Source of the DNA: Schizochytrium sp. TIO01
Taxonomy: Eukaryota > Protista > Bigyra: Labyrinthulomycetes
DNA length: 64,000 nucleotides
Direction of reading: 5' to 3'
Assembly: GCA_004764695.1 (NCBI GenBank)
Contig: SMSO01000031.1
Coordinates: 4,316,436 to 4,380,435 of the forward strand
Position numbers and translations under genes: made by a program
Shown: positions 14,307 to 25,581 of the stretch, piece by piece
Position numbering within the stretch: position 1 is the first letter of the stretch
How the letters are laid out: each line of letters begins with the position of its first letter
Notes under the pieces: model-generated
What the model saw: the letters and a program-made list of their open reading frames with translations, nothing else
The model's database searches: none
What the model was told of the DNA's origin: nothing

Positions 14307-15405
14307 AGGATCTAAACTGCTACGGTCATCGGCTGGTGAGAGTTTGGGGGGGGCGGTGTGAAAGCTATGATGTGTCAGTTGAGCCTTGACGTCTATCGGG
14401 TAAACGATTCTAAGATGCTATCGACAATGTGCGACCTCTTATCTTGACTTTACTCACCTTATTATCAATGCGTATGCGCTACCTCTCTTTTACACGAGCT
14501 GGTATTTAAGGAGGGTATACATCATAGAGTATAAGTAAGGACATTGTAGGACCCGAAAAGCAATTTCCGTTCTAATTTGATAGCGATGTCACGGAACGTA
14601 GTCAGGTGCAGTCCATATTCTACAAGTTTGATCCTTCTTCTAGATGGCTTTTTGTCTCGTATTTTAACCAAAGGTTGTGTTCTCCTTATTCTGATTTGTC
14701 ATGATACCAATATTGCTAAATATCTCTTTATCGATACTATTCTGTCTCCTTGGTAGCTCAGCAAAGATCCGCCGGCAACGCTATAGTCGCACCATGTGTA
14801 TCTTCCTCAAAGAAAAAGAAAAGTACTAAGCAAGTTCTACGGCGGCAGAACACCTCCTCTTGTCATTGTATTTACAGAATCAAGAGCCTTATCTAGTTCT
14901 AAAATACGGGATCCATTACAATTTTAAATTTTATTTTCAACATGAGAATTGTAGCTTTGGGTCAAAATTTGAGGAGTTCCTTGTGATTTGGCCGATTCAG
15001 CGTTTTGTATAATATAGCATGGCTGGCCGGGTCCCATTTGGTATAAAGATCAGGCGTGGCAGTCTTCCCGTGGTGCGTACTCCTATTTAGTCAGGTGAAT
15101 TATTTACTATAGATTTTCAACTTTAGATGTTTAATTGGTTTGTGGATATGGACATCAAGAAAAACAAGAACAAAGAAGATGGAGTTGACGAGATATTTGT
15201 TATTAGATTATGCACATCTTGTCAGTTTGTGGTTCAAACGAGGCGTAATTTGATGAGCTTCTCGTCTCAAAGCACCGCTATACCATGAGAGCAAGACTTG
15301 CTCGCGTTTCCGTTTTTTATGGGGTTAAAATTCAGGGAGTATGTCCCAAGTGAAGCGCAAACAAAGTCTACAAAAGATAGGCACTGTGATCACATACACC
15401 TATGT

Positions 15406-17298
15406 TTAATCAAGCTTAATGCTGGAGTAAATCTGGCGGTTGAAGAAGAAGGCGGCCATGAAGCCAACAACACCAGTGAGAAGAAAGAAGGAAGCGGAGA
15501 TGAGACCCATGTAGGCAAAGTAAATAACCGTCGCCACAAACTTGAGCTGTAATCTGCTAGAATAATACAAGCACGAGTAGAGGAAGAGGTAGAGTGCGGA
15601 AGAGCCCGAGGTGAGGAAGGATCGCCACCACCAGTGGTAATCCTCAGAGCAGAGCTGGAAGTAGCACAACACAATCGTAATCTCAGCGCAGGTGGCAACA
15701 AGAATGAGCAACACGAGCGTAAGGAAGCCGAATACGTAGTAAGGGCGCTTACCCCAAATGCTTGAAAGAAGGAAGAACAGCTCAATAAAGACAGCACCGA
15801 AGGGAAGGATGCCACCAACCAGAATTGTAACGCCAGGCTTCATATAGAAGGGCTGCTCAGGGATCTGGCGGGGGATCTGGTTGTACCTGCACGGGTTCTT
15901 GATCTCCTCACGCTTGAAACCAGCGAAAGAACCGAGAGCACAGAGCGGCAAACTAATACCGAACCAGAGAACCAAAAGAGCAAACATAGTGCTAAACTTG
16001 ACTGCGCCAGAAGATCCAGCGTGCCAGACAAACAAGTTGACGACAAAGAACACGGAAAACACAGTACCCGGGTAGAGAATAGCCGTCAAGTAGAGAGAGC
16101 GACGCCACTGCTTGCCACCAAACATCTTATAGAGACGAGCAGAGACGTATCCAGCCGGGTAACCCATGAAAACAAAGAAGAGAAGCATAGCTGTCATGAG
16201 ACCACCACGGTTAGCAGGGCTCAAGAAGCCGAGCAGAGCAAAGAGCATCAGCACAACAGTCATGCAGAGAATCTGCACGCCGCTACCACAGAAGACACTT
16301 AGCAACAAGGGTGAAGTGGCAGGCGGGCGGAAAACATCGCCATGGACAAGTTTCCAACCGAACTCCTCCTGGGTCTCCTCAGCGGACTGCTCCTCGTTGT
16401 AGCGAGCGATATCTTTGTGGAGAGTGCGCATCATGATCATAGCAACCATACCGGTCAAGAAAAGTACAATCATGAGGGAGTTGGAGATGGAGAACCAGTG
16501 GATTTTGTCGTTCGGGGAACCGTTCAAGTAAATATCCCAACGAGAAGCCCAAGGCACATCGCTTTCGAACCATTCTACATCGTAGGTCCATGAAACCACC
16601 TGGCCATCCTCCATCACAGGCTGGCCGCCGCTTACATCACAGCTCACATCATTATCGCCAGACCGGGTGTGTTTGACAGACTGGGGCATAACAATGAAAC
16701 CGACAACACGGAAGCCTTCGAAGGAGTCCGGGTTCTGGTGGATGCGAATCTGAAACTTGATGTGGTTGTTGATGAAGAAAATCGGATGCTTTCCCTCGGC
16801 ATCCGTAAAAGCCTTGTAACCAAGAGGAAATCCCTCTTCGTAGGCATCGATTGGCATATTATCCTCGTAGAGCTGCACAGCCAACGGAAGGTTGTCAATA
16901 ATCCAGTGGACACGGTACTCATCGTCAATCATCTCCTGGAAGGTAGAGATATCATCCTTGGTGTAGCGCAAGGTACAAAGGTGTTTGCAGCTCTCTTGCT
17001 TGTTCATATGCAGGTCGTAGAGCGAGCTCTCGATGGTATCACCAGCAAGAACCTCGCCAAGGTTCTCTGGCGCATTCTCGATCTGCTTAGGCTTGCATAC
17101 CGGCAGCGAGTAATACTCAAACGGCAGCTGGGTCTTGACAGAGATCAGTTTGTTTACCTCAACATCTACCTTGGCGTCCTGCAAAAACTGCTTAGGTGCG
17201 ACACCCGGAAGATAAAATCCCTGTGCGCTGGAGGAGAGACAAGCGAGAGTCGCAACTACAAGAGTTACGGCGCTCGAGGCCCACGAAGCAGAAGTCAT
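15406..17298 (-). CDS. TM9SF: Transmembrane 9 superfamily (EMP70/nonaspanin, TM9SF2/4-like) protein
   Basis: Signal peptide followed by FYLPGVAP, IHWFSISNS, GWKLVHGDVFRPP, GGILPFGAVFIEL and EDYHWWWRSF; C-terminal KxD (IKLD). Confidence 0.97.
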   Translation of the reverse strand: MTSASWASSAVTLVVATLACLSSSAQGFYLPGVAPKQFLQDAKVDVEVNKLISVKTQLPFEYYSLPVCKPKQIENAPENLGEVLAGDTIESSLYDLHMNKQESCKHLCTLRYTKDDISTFQEMIDDEYRVHWIIDNLPLAVQLYEDNMPIDAYEEGFPLGYKAFTDAEGKHPIFFINNHIKFQIRIHQNPDSFEGFRVVGFIVMPQSVKHTRSGDNDVSCDVSGGQPVMEDGQVVSWTYDVEWFESDVPWASRWDIYLNGSPNDKIHWFSISNSLMIVLFLTGMVAMIMMRTLHKDIARYNEEQSAEETQEEFGWKLVHGDVFRPPATSPLLLSVFCGSGVQILCMTVVLMLFALLGFLSPANRGGLMTAMLLFFVFMGYPAGYVSARLYKMFGGKQWRRSLYLTAILYPGTVFSVFFVVNLFVWHAGSSGAVKFSTMFALLVLWFGISLPLCALGSFAGFKREEIKNPCRYNQIPRQIPEQPFYMKPGVTILVGGILPFGAVFIELFFLLSSIWGKRPYYVFGFLTLVLLILVATCAEITIVLCYFQLCSEDYHWWWRSFLTSGSSALYLFLYSCLYYSSRLQLKFVATVIYFAYMGLISASFFLLTGVVGFMAAFFFNRQIYSSIKLD

Positions 17299-20200
17299 GA
17301 TTAGAGAATTACCGTTGTTGTTACTGTCTTCACCGTCGCAATTATAAATCCATAAACGTCAGTCTCAATTCACACAGGCTCTATATAAAATGTCAAACAT
17401 GCCACGAAGTGGTGATGGTCAGGACCTTCAGCAACACAGCAAGAAAGCCAAGAAATCCGGTCACCATAAATCACGCAAAAACGGCGAGATACAATGTTGG
17501 ATTCTCCCAGGTACAAGAAGCAGCTCAAACAAAAAGAAACGTGGATTGCAAGCGGACTGCCACATGGTCCTCCCACGCCCTGTGTGCGCAATACCTTGGC
17601 ATCACAGCACCAAGCCAAGTCACCTACCTCTACTATTTAATTAACGCAGCAAGCCGACGGCCTTTGGGCTCGAGGGCCGGAGCCGATAACCAAAGCCTCT
17701 GTTGGGAGCTGCCCAGTGGCTGCCTCCGCAACGAGAGCGTTGAGTCTGTAGGAGTCCACACGAGCGGCGAATGAAGGCCGCGGCTCCACCGTGCTTAGGC
17801 GCGGTCGAGCAGTCGCGTGTTGGAGATTGCTTCTCCCTCAACCTCGCTTGCTCGCTTGCTTGCTTGCTTGCTGCTTACTTGCTTACTTGCTCTCAAGGCG
17901 TATCAGGTATAACCTGACTGACTATTGTTTACCTTATGAGGCCAGTAAGACCCGGCCAACTATTTTTTTCTGACAGATCACTCACTCCCTGGGTACTACT
18001 ACTACATGTTACCACATACTACGGTGTTTTATGTGATGATTTTTTTAAGAAAAAAGGTAAAAGAAAAGATAAAATCGTGAAAAAGTTATTAAAATAGTAG
18101 CCTCTAATTAATCATGAAACTAAAAACGCTTTCCCAACACTGCGTAAATGATAATGTATATGCGCCATGGTATAATATATCAACTTGGACGAAGGTACGG
18201 CTTAGATCATGAGAAAAGGTGGATAAAAGGAGTATTGCTACTTTCGATCCCTGTTTTATACTCTACACTAGTACTGAATAAATGAGGTGATTTGACCGTG
18301 CCAATCCATCGAAGCCAATATATAAATTGTGGCAAACATCAGTTAAGGGGTCCGCGCGCCATTGGCATACTGGGAATTAATTTGTGGACGCCTTCTTTTA
18401 GACGAAGTAGCTCAATTAATAGGTAGGTAGGTACCCAACCTAGTGGAGGTAGCGGTTATTTGGAAAAGAAAAAATAAATGGTATTAAAAAACGCTTTTTT
18501 AATTGGTAATAAATTCGGATGGATTCGTCGTCATCGAAAGCTCAAACAGCTTTCAGAGCATTAGAGTGAGGTGGAAATGAACGTCTGTGATGACGAAAAC
18601 GAGATAAATTGGAGCTTGATAAGAGCTTAGACATCAGTATTCTACACCCGAAGAACAGGCTTTGAACAATGGCTAGCCAATTCAAGATAATGTCCAGGAG
18701 ACGCAACAAGAAATCTCAGAAATAAGCAGAAATTAAGAGCAAACAGTGAACATTACTTCGTTGAGTAAGGGAAGAGTGATGAAAAAGTTGACGGTGTTGA
18801 ACAAGACCAAAACGATCGACTCGCTGGTGGTATAATAGGGCACTATACTTTTTAAGGAGGGGACTTTTCGAATCAGGACGAACAAAGACGGAATATATGA
18901 GTGGTCAAAAGCGGCGGCGAGAAAATAGAAATGACGGGAAGGCGGTCTTTTTCAGAAATCTTCAGTATGAGATTATATACCTACCTACCTACCTAAATAG
19001 ATAGATAGATTTTTTTTTTAATGATTTTTTTTTCCTATGTAATGAATAAAAGGGCGGGGAAGGATGCTACGGGAGTCGATCGTGGCATAGGTTTATCCGT
19101 CACTGAAAACCTCCCTCACAAAAACTGATTATCACTGAGAGCATCGCATTATTATTTTGTTAAGTACGGTGATAAACTTTAAAACTAGTGAAGAGGTACT
19201 TTGGCCTTGCCCTCCCAATAAAAAGTAAAAGATAAAAACAGGCATATTGTAATGAAGGATAGTGTCGGAGTATCACTAATTAGTTTAATTCAGGTTTTCC
19301 CGAGCTATTTATCGCTTGTAGGTTCTTTAAAAGGGTTAATATTGGGGAGATTCAAGTCGAAGCATGTCAGTAAATCCGAACAAACTTAATCTGATGTTGC
19401 GATTTCACGTTCCAAGTATTGATCCAAACTATCCCAAGTAACTTATTGTCTGTAAAATACGAAGGTTGCAAATTTGAACTAATAGAATGCAATATTAGAT
19501 AGATTGTGGAGTTAATGACTTATATTACCCTTTGGGATGAGAGATCCCTAAACCTAAACCACTATTGATTTAGACCTTAATTTCTCTCCCGTTTATCTGT
19601 GTTTGAAGGCACAAAGTATAATGGAAACTTGAGGCTACCTATTTAATCTGTTTTTTTAATACCATGCCCTACAAATTCTATATCAGCAGATTTTATAAGT
19701 AGAACGTGACCATAGTAGTGGTCCTTATGTTACGTATGCAGAGCCCAGGCCAAACAAGAAATGAAAATCACACAAAAACCAAATTTTTGTACATTACCCT
19801 CGCTTTACTTCACTGTAAAAAATATTATCAACCGCACAACTCTAAAAGATTAAGTCTCAATAACGATCGAAACTCCTCAAAGTAGCTTTCGGTGCCGAAA
19901 ATGAGAACAGCGAGAAATCCTATTTGTAATATGTTTCAAAACCAGTTCATGGTTTTCAATCACAGATATTAGTAAATCATTGTGCTTCTCGACCTCAACG
20001 CAGATACACAAAAGCATGCCGATGATGGGAGAATGTAAAGCAATCATTAAAATAAAGACGACTTGCTTAATACTTTTACTTGATCTTCGAAAGAACAAAA
20101 CTTCGCAAAAAGTGCTAAGTAGTGCATGCTACTAGTACCTTTTCATCATTAAATACGCAAATATCATGAACAAACTCTTGTGTAGATTATTCTACCTCCG

Positions 20201-20386
20201 TTAGGCCATTGCAATTCCTCGGCCCAATATCCTCGAGGTGTTCTAGATGTTCTATGGCCTCAGAAACTTTTGTTATAGGACTAAAGGTCGTAAGTATTAG
20301 CCTACTCAATTAACCTCTCTTTAAGTCATTCATTGATCCCTTCGCCAAAACTTAAAGTCCGCGAGAGCAAGAAAACAGCACCGGCG

Positions 20387-21229
20387 ATGGCTATCGTCAT
20401 AGCTCTGCGTGCCTCAAAGCTTGATCAGGAGGACTCTGAGGCATGGCTCCGTAAGCTTTTACGGCGGGCCTCACGGAACGCCAGCGCAAAAGTCGACTGT
20501 GAGGACGACGAATGCCACAAGCAATGCAGGCAGCTTTTCGAATCTCGATGCTCCGGAACACAAGATCTAACGTTGCCTACTTTTGAAAGGCTCCGCGTTC
20601 TGTCAGATCGCATGCTTGGAGATTATGATGGAATTAGGCTCGGTGGGTTTCGACGCATTGCAAAAGTTCAAAATGCGAAGGGTTGGGACGTTGTCGTCTG
20701 TGAACCGGGCAAATCTGAATACAAGCGAGATGCGCCCCATGAGAGCTTTTCGCTCATACGCATACACCTGGAGGGCGATGGAGGTTTGCAAAAACTACGA
20801 TCCTGCGATTTGGAGTGGTCGCGTCGGGTGTTATGGATATTGAACCTTCGCGTAGGCCTCAAGAGTGCCAACGCGTACATTTCCACCCTTGGAGGAGGCT
20901 ACTTTCTTTGCCGTCAGCTTGATCAGGCTGAGGGAATGGCGCTCCGTCAGTTGGCAGTGGCTTACTACCTGGGCGATCCTATTCTTGCCAGCCAGTGCCG
21001 CATTCATCTCGCTTATAACATCATGCAACGCGGTAGATTAGACCTTGCTCGTTGGTGGATCTTACGCGAGTGGCGCAATGCCAACGCACTACAAAATGAG
21101 CTGCTCAAATCTATGCTTGCTTCAGCTTGGCATTACCGCCGCCAACTCCTTCGGCACCAGCATATCCTTTCTCAAGCACCACAGGATCGTGTGCGTGATA
21201 GTTACGCACGACAGCGCTTTGTGCAGTAG
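20387..21229 (+). CDS. DUF4807-like TPR-type protein
   Basis: Clean ORF. STLGGGY...RQLAVAYYLGDPILASQCRIHLAYNIMQRG matches my recollection of the DUF4807 pattern. Confidence 0.7.
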   Translation: MAIVIALRASKLDQEDSEAWLRKLLRRASRNASAKVDCEDDECHKQCRQLFESRCSGTQDLTLPTFERLRVLSDRMLGDYDGIRLGGFRRIAKVQNAKGWDVVVCEPGKSEYKRDAPHESFSLIRIHLEGDGGLQKLRSCDLEWSRRVLWILNLRVGLKSANAYISTLGGGYFLCRQLDQAEGMALRQLAVAYYLGDPILASQCRIHLAYNIMQRGRLDLARWWILREWRNANALQNELLKSMLASAWHYRRQLLRHQHILSQAPQDRVRDSYARQRFVQ

Positions 21230-21752
21230 TCGATCTCAGTTGTTCTTATTTCTGCAGCATGTGTATACAATCTAAATCACGATTCTACTCACATATGCAT
21301 TATTCCCTGCTTCACCTTCTTTTCTCCTATTTACTCTCGACTGCGTTGAATACTTTCCCGGGTTCGAGATTCCGCCTTATATTGAAAATCCAGAGTCAAC
21401 TTTCCCTTGTAAAATCTGAAACAATCAGTGACAGCCTACTGATCTCCGAAATTTAAGAAAGACTACCTAGGTAACAACAGTACACATAAATATGAAAGTG
21501 ATGTTTCCCTTTTGACTGCACTCGATTCATTGAATATAGAAGATTTCACTGTTAGTCGGACCACCTGAGTGCAATGAATGTGTAAATCGTGAATATTTAC
21601 ATAATTGATGCTTTGTGTTGATTTCTGCAGTTTGTGATGATTGACTTCGATAGAAGAATCACAGGCAACTCATAGCTAGAAACCAATAGGAAAATAAGTA
21701 TTTCATATTTTAATTACATCATTTTTCAAACAGGGAGAAAATAAAAACCATC

Positions 21753-23547
21753 TTACGGTGAATTTTCAAGGGCATCATGCAAAATATGGGTTGCCATAGT
21801 ACGGAAAGATTTGCGATTCGATTCTCGGAGAATTTTTGAAACATGCCCCGCAGCAATACTAGTTGGTTCCAACACTTGATAATAGCTTTGCAACCAGGCT
21901 CGAAGCTCATCCTGAGATATCGTATGCTTCATTGGTACTTCAATGGACTTGCCGCAGCGAGTTTTAATGCGGAGGCACTCATCTGCATGCAAATTTGCGT
22001 TAATTTTGTACCGTAAATGAAGGCTTCGCTCACGATATTGAGCAAGATTTGAGTCTGAGCTGCTTTCCATAGGGATGCCAAAGACACCATGCATACCCAG
22101 ATACCGCCCGAAACTCTCCAGCTTGGGCAAGGCCTCACGAGCGGTTGACTGACACACCAGACGGATACTTTTCGCTTCTTTATGTAACCGCAAATGCTCT
22201 CGAATATCATCGGCACGGCTTGCGATGTAGTCGTTAGTTTCAACACAAGCCCCACCTTGTTGAACATAAAATTCAAGCTTTTGAGAATCCGTTTCGTCGT
22301 CATGAAAGATCTCGAAAACATCCGGGTCGCAAGAATCCCAGTGCATCTCTGGTTCACAATCTTCAACCATCTGCATATTAATCACTTCAGTGCTTAGTTT
22401 TTCCGAGCTGCACGTCAAGACTCTTTCGCGTACTTGTCGTGCATGGCTAAGCAAATGCATTTCCTGCGTAGCAGAAGAGAAAATGCTGAAAACATCCTCA
22501 TCCTTCACACAGAGACTACCAAAGCCAGATTGAATATCTTCTCCAGAATAAGGAGGAGGTCGGGCAGTTTCCTCGACACTCTTGAAGATCGTCTTTGCTG
22601 TGTTCATCCTGCTTTTCCTTCTCAAGGCATTTGGCCTCAACTTTTAGATTCTCTGCAAGAACATTTTCATTTGGACAAGGTATCTGCCCATTCAGGTTTG
22701 CTTGCTGTAAAGGGGTAGCTGTCTGGCTTGTTGTAATCGATGTCATATTTGTTTCGGTGTTGTACGGGGAGGGAGGGGTGAGGTTGCTTGAAACGTCCAT
22801 CTGGAACTCCCTCCAAAACAACTGCGTTATTTCTTCGAATGCAGTCTGGTCCATGCAAGACTGAATGTGACGCCGCTTTTTCGTAGGGTTGTACTCTATT
22901 TCTTCACCAACGTGGCCTTCATCACCACTGATATCTACCTTAGGTACCTTATTTATAGCGTCGATCAGCATAGCCTGTGCAAGGCGTTGAAACGCTGTTG
23001 GCGCGGTTTGGCCAGGTGATTGTGCAGTCCACGACCTCCAGGAGGCACGCTCAACGCTTCGAATTAGTGTACCGAGGTCCACTCTACGCACATCTCCATA
23101 GTGTGCAGTCCCAATCTGGCCAACAAGAGTTGCATAACCTTGATCGTATCTCACATTTTCTACAACATAGATAAGCTCGTCAAGCATGTGACCACTGTAG
23201 ATGAGAGCAATTTCGCCTTTAAAGACCCCTAGGTGCTTCTTGAATCTGGCCAGGTTACTTACAGCAAGCTCGCTGCTCATGCGTTGAGCAGTCCCTGCAA
23301 GCATCTCGTTCGTACCAAACTTCAAGTTGCCTCGCCTGCCTTTCGACGCCATCACGGGATCTCGAGCAGCTCGCCAAGGTTCCGCAGTTTTCTTGGTCAC
23401 AATCTTGCTAGCGCAATCTACAGAAGATAATTTCATGGTACGTATGGATGACGTTAAGGACGCTCGGCGGGCCCTACTCCGCGTAAGGGGGCCTTGGAAG
23501 GCTTCAGAGGGTCCATGTTCCTCACGCTGGGTCCAACTTGAGCACAT
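21753..23547 (-). CDS. Hypothetical protein (about 597 aa) split by a +1 frame break within 22516-22643
   Basis: Two long same-strand ORFs (365 and 295 codons) overlap in a +1 relationship. No domain recognised. Confidence 0.6.
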
Positions 23548-25581
23548 CGTGTTGCCGATGCGCGATGCTTGACCTCGATCGCGTTCGGAGGCCAACTTTT
23601 GGTCTCTTCGCAACTACAGCAATTCCCGAGGAAGAGCGCGTCTCAATGTGGTCAGCGCCTTTCGCGCCACAGAGAAGGTGTCTTAGAAACAGAGATTAAG
23701 TCGTGCGAGTGCCTTTCAGAAACCAGGATGCGCAACAACGAATTAGGGATTTGCTGACCAGAAAAGAAGAAGAACCTTTTCTTCTTATTTTGAATACTTC
23801 TTATCACCAAGCTTTTATTTTTAAATTTAATCTATAAGGTGACTATGATATTCATGAGCCCCCCTCGTTCCCTCTCTTGCTCCAGCGTACTTGCTAAGCA
23901 TCGTCTGGAACGGGAAGTCGACGTCTCTTTCCAGTTGATGAATGCACTCTGGGTTTTCAAATTTGCGCGCTGTTTTTTAAAACAGGAGAAACTAACATTC
24001 AATTTGAATTTGAATTTTTGAATTTTTATTTTATTTTTAGCTTTTTATTTAAATTTAGTTAAATGTTTTTTTTTAAGTGGTTATGCGAGCCTTTCGATCA
24101 AAGTCGAGGTCAGATGACCCCATCGTAAGCAGAGCTGAAGCGCCTCACAGAGCATGTCGTTGAAAGTCCTGTCAGCCTTAATGAGCTTGCTTGCTGGTGC
24201 GCAGGCGAAGGAAGGGCAAAACTGTCTACAAGAAAACAAAACAATATGACTCTAGCTACTATTACTATAAACGCTAAAGGCGAAGTGAGAGCGCATGAGA
24301 GAGTGGAAAGGAACCAGGTGTCTAAGGGAGCAACACTGGAGTAAGACAGCATATGGTAAAAGCTAATAAATTTTGATTTTACAGAGGAGAGAACAGGGGC
24401 GTTCTTGCGAGCTTTTGCTTCTTTTCTGGAGGCCAGTGCCTATAAAACTTTGCGAGTGTGCGATGTAAAAGACTAATAATGAGTATCGAATAAGCATCAA
24501 GGGCCTGACAGATCCTAAAAACTTAGAAAGTGATGGTGATAGATTCGTTGCAGAGTACCATGGTAAAGTTGGTTCAAGGATTCGTTTTCAGAATCTTCTG
24601 CAGATATTCGAGGAAAGGTCCTTGACACGAGTATCCCATTTATAGGATGGCGTGGCCGTTGAGCAGATAAGTTTAGAACTACATAAAGCTCGAAGGCGGC
24701 GCGTGCATCGTTGTGAAAACAAGTATTTGAAGAAAGAAATGCAGAGTTGAATGCGAGCTGGCTCAGAGCCTGTGGCAGAGCTACAAGTGAAAGCTGGGGC
24801 AAAGGCAACGCATATGCAGCGATGGTTTGACAAGATTATCACGAACAACTCAGAGGGAGAAAACCAGTAAGTCAAGTGTGTAAAGCAAGGCGAACCCAAT
24901 CGCTTGCGCCTCTTGAGGTGGACCAACGCAGGTGCAATCGAATTATAGAACTCGTAAGTAGTAAATCATGATTGACGAGGAATACAAGAAATATATTGAA
25001 ACAGTTTGATTGCCAAACTCTACAAATTAATTGCATGGACCTCAGAGTGCATGGCTAATTACCACCCTGAGCTCATCTGAATGGAGAGTGCAATTGGAAG
25101 ATGTATAATCTACCTACTATCCAGGGAGAGATGAACATGGAGAGAAAGGAGTATAGAAACCAAACAATATTATGTCAATTTTCAGGTGTTAACTCCTTCT
25201 CAAACAACACAGGGATATTGAGCGCGTGCAGTTGGTAGACCTTGTGAGAGTGAAAAGAATACAGGGGAGGCGATGTTGATGAAGGTTCTGAACAAGTATA
25301 GACAAAATGGAAGTGATAGATCAATAGTGCTAGCTCACGATTAGCGATTAGCGTCAAGTATTTCATGAATGGAAAATATGCGCATGTGAGGGGGGAAAGG
25401 CAGGTTATCAAAATAGTCAAGAAAACGCTTGTGAAAGTGAACAAGAAAAATAGGCACACGGCAACAAGACCAAAAGCAGATTTATTTGTGTGACCTTTCA
25501 GAAAGGAGAAGAGGGAGGAGAGGAGAAGATTTTTTGTTGAAAAAATAGTAAAATACTTCAGAAGAGCTTAGAATCGTACGA

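Noticed and set aside
19547-19560. Telomere-like CCCTAAACCTAAAC
   Set aside because: Only two imperfect units.
18000-19820. Possible Tc1/mariner or MITE remnant (TACGGTG and CACTGTA ends)
   Set aside because: The candidate inverted repeats match over only about 8 nt and there is no transposase motif.
21355-21380. B-box-like GGTTCGA suggesting a tRNA
   Set aside because: No cloverleaf or acceptor stem could be built.
24100-25160. Degenerate coding-like purine-rich segment downstream of PRP8
   Set aside because: Short interrupted frames with no recognisable domain; cannot be supported as a gene or element.
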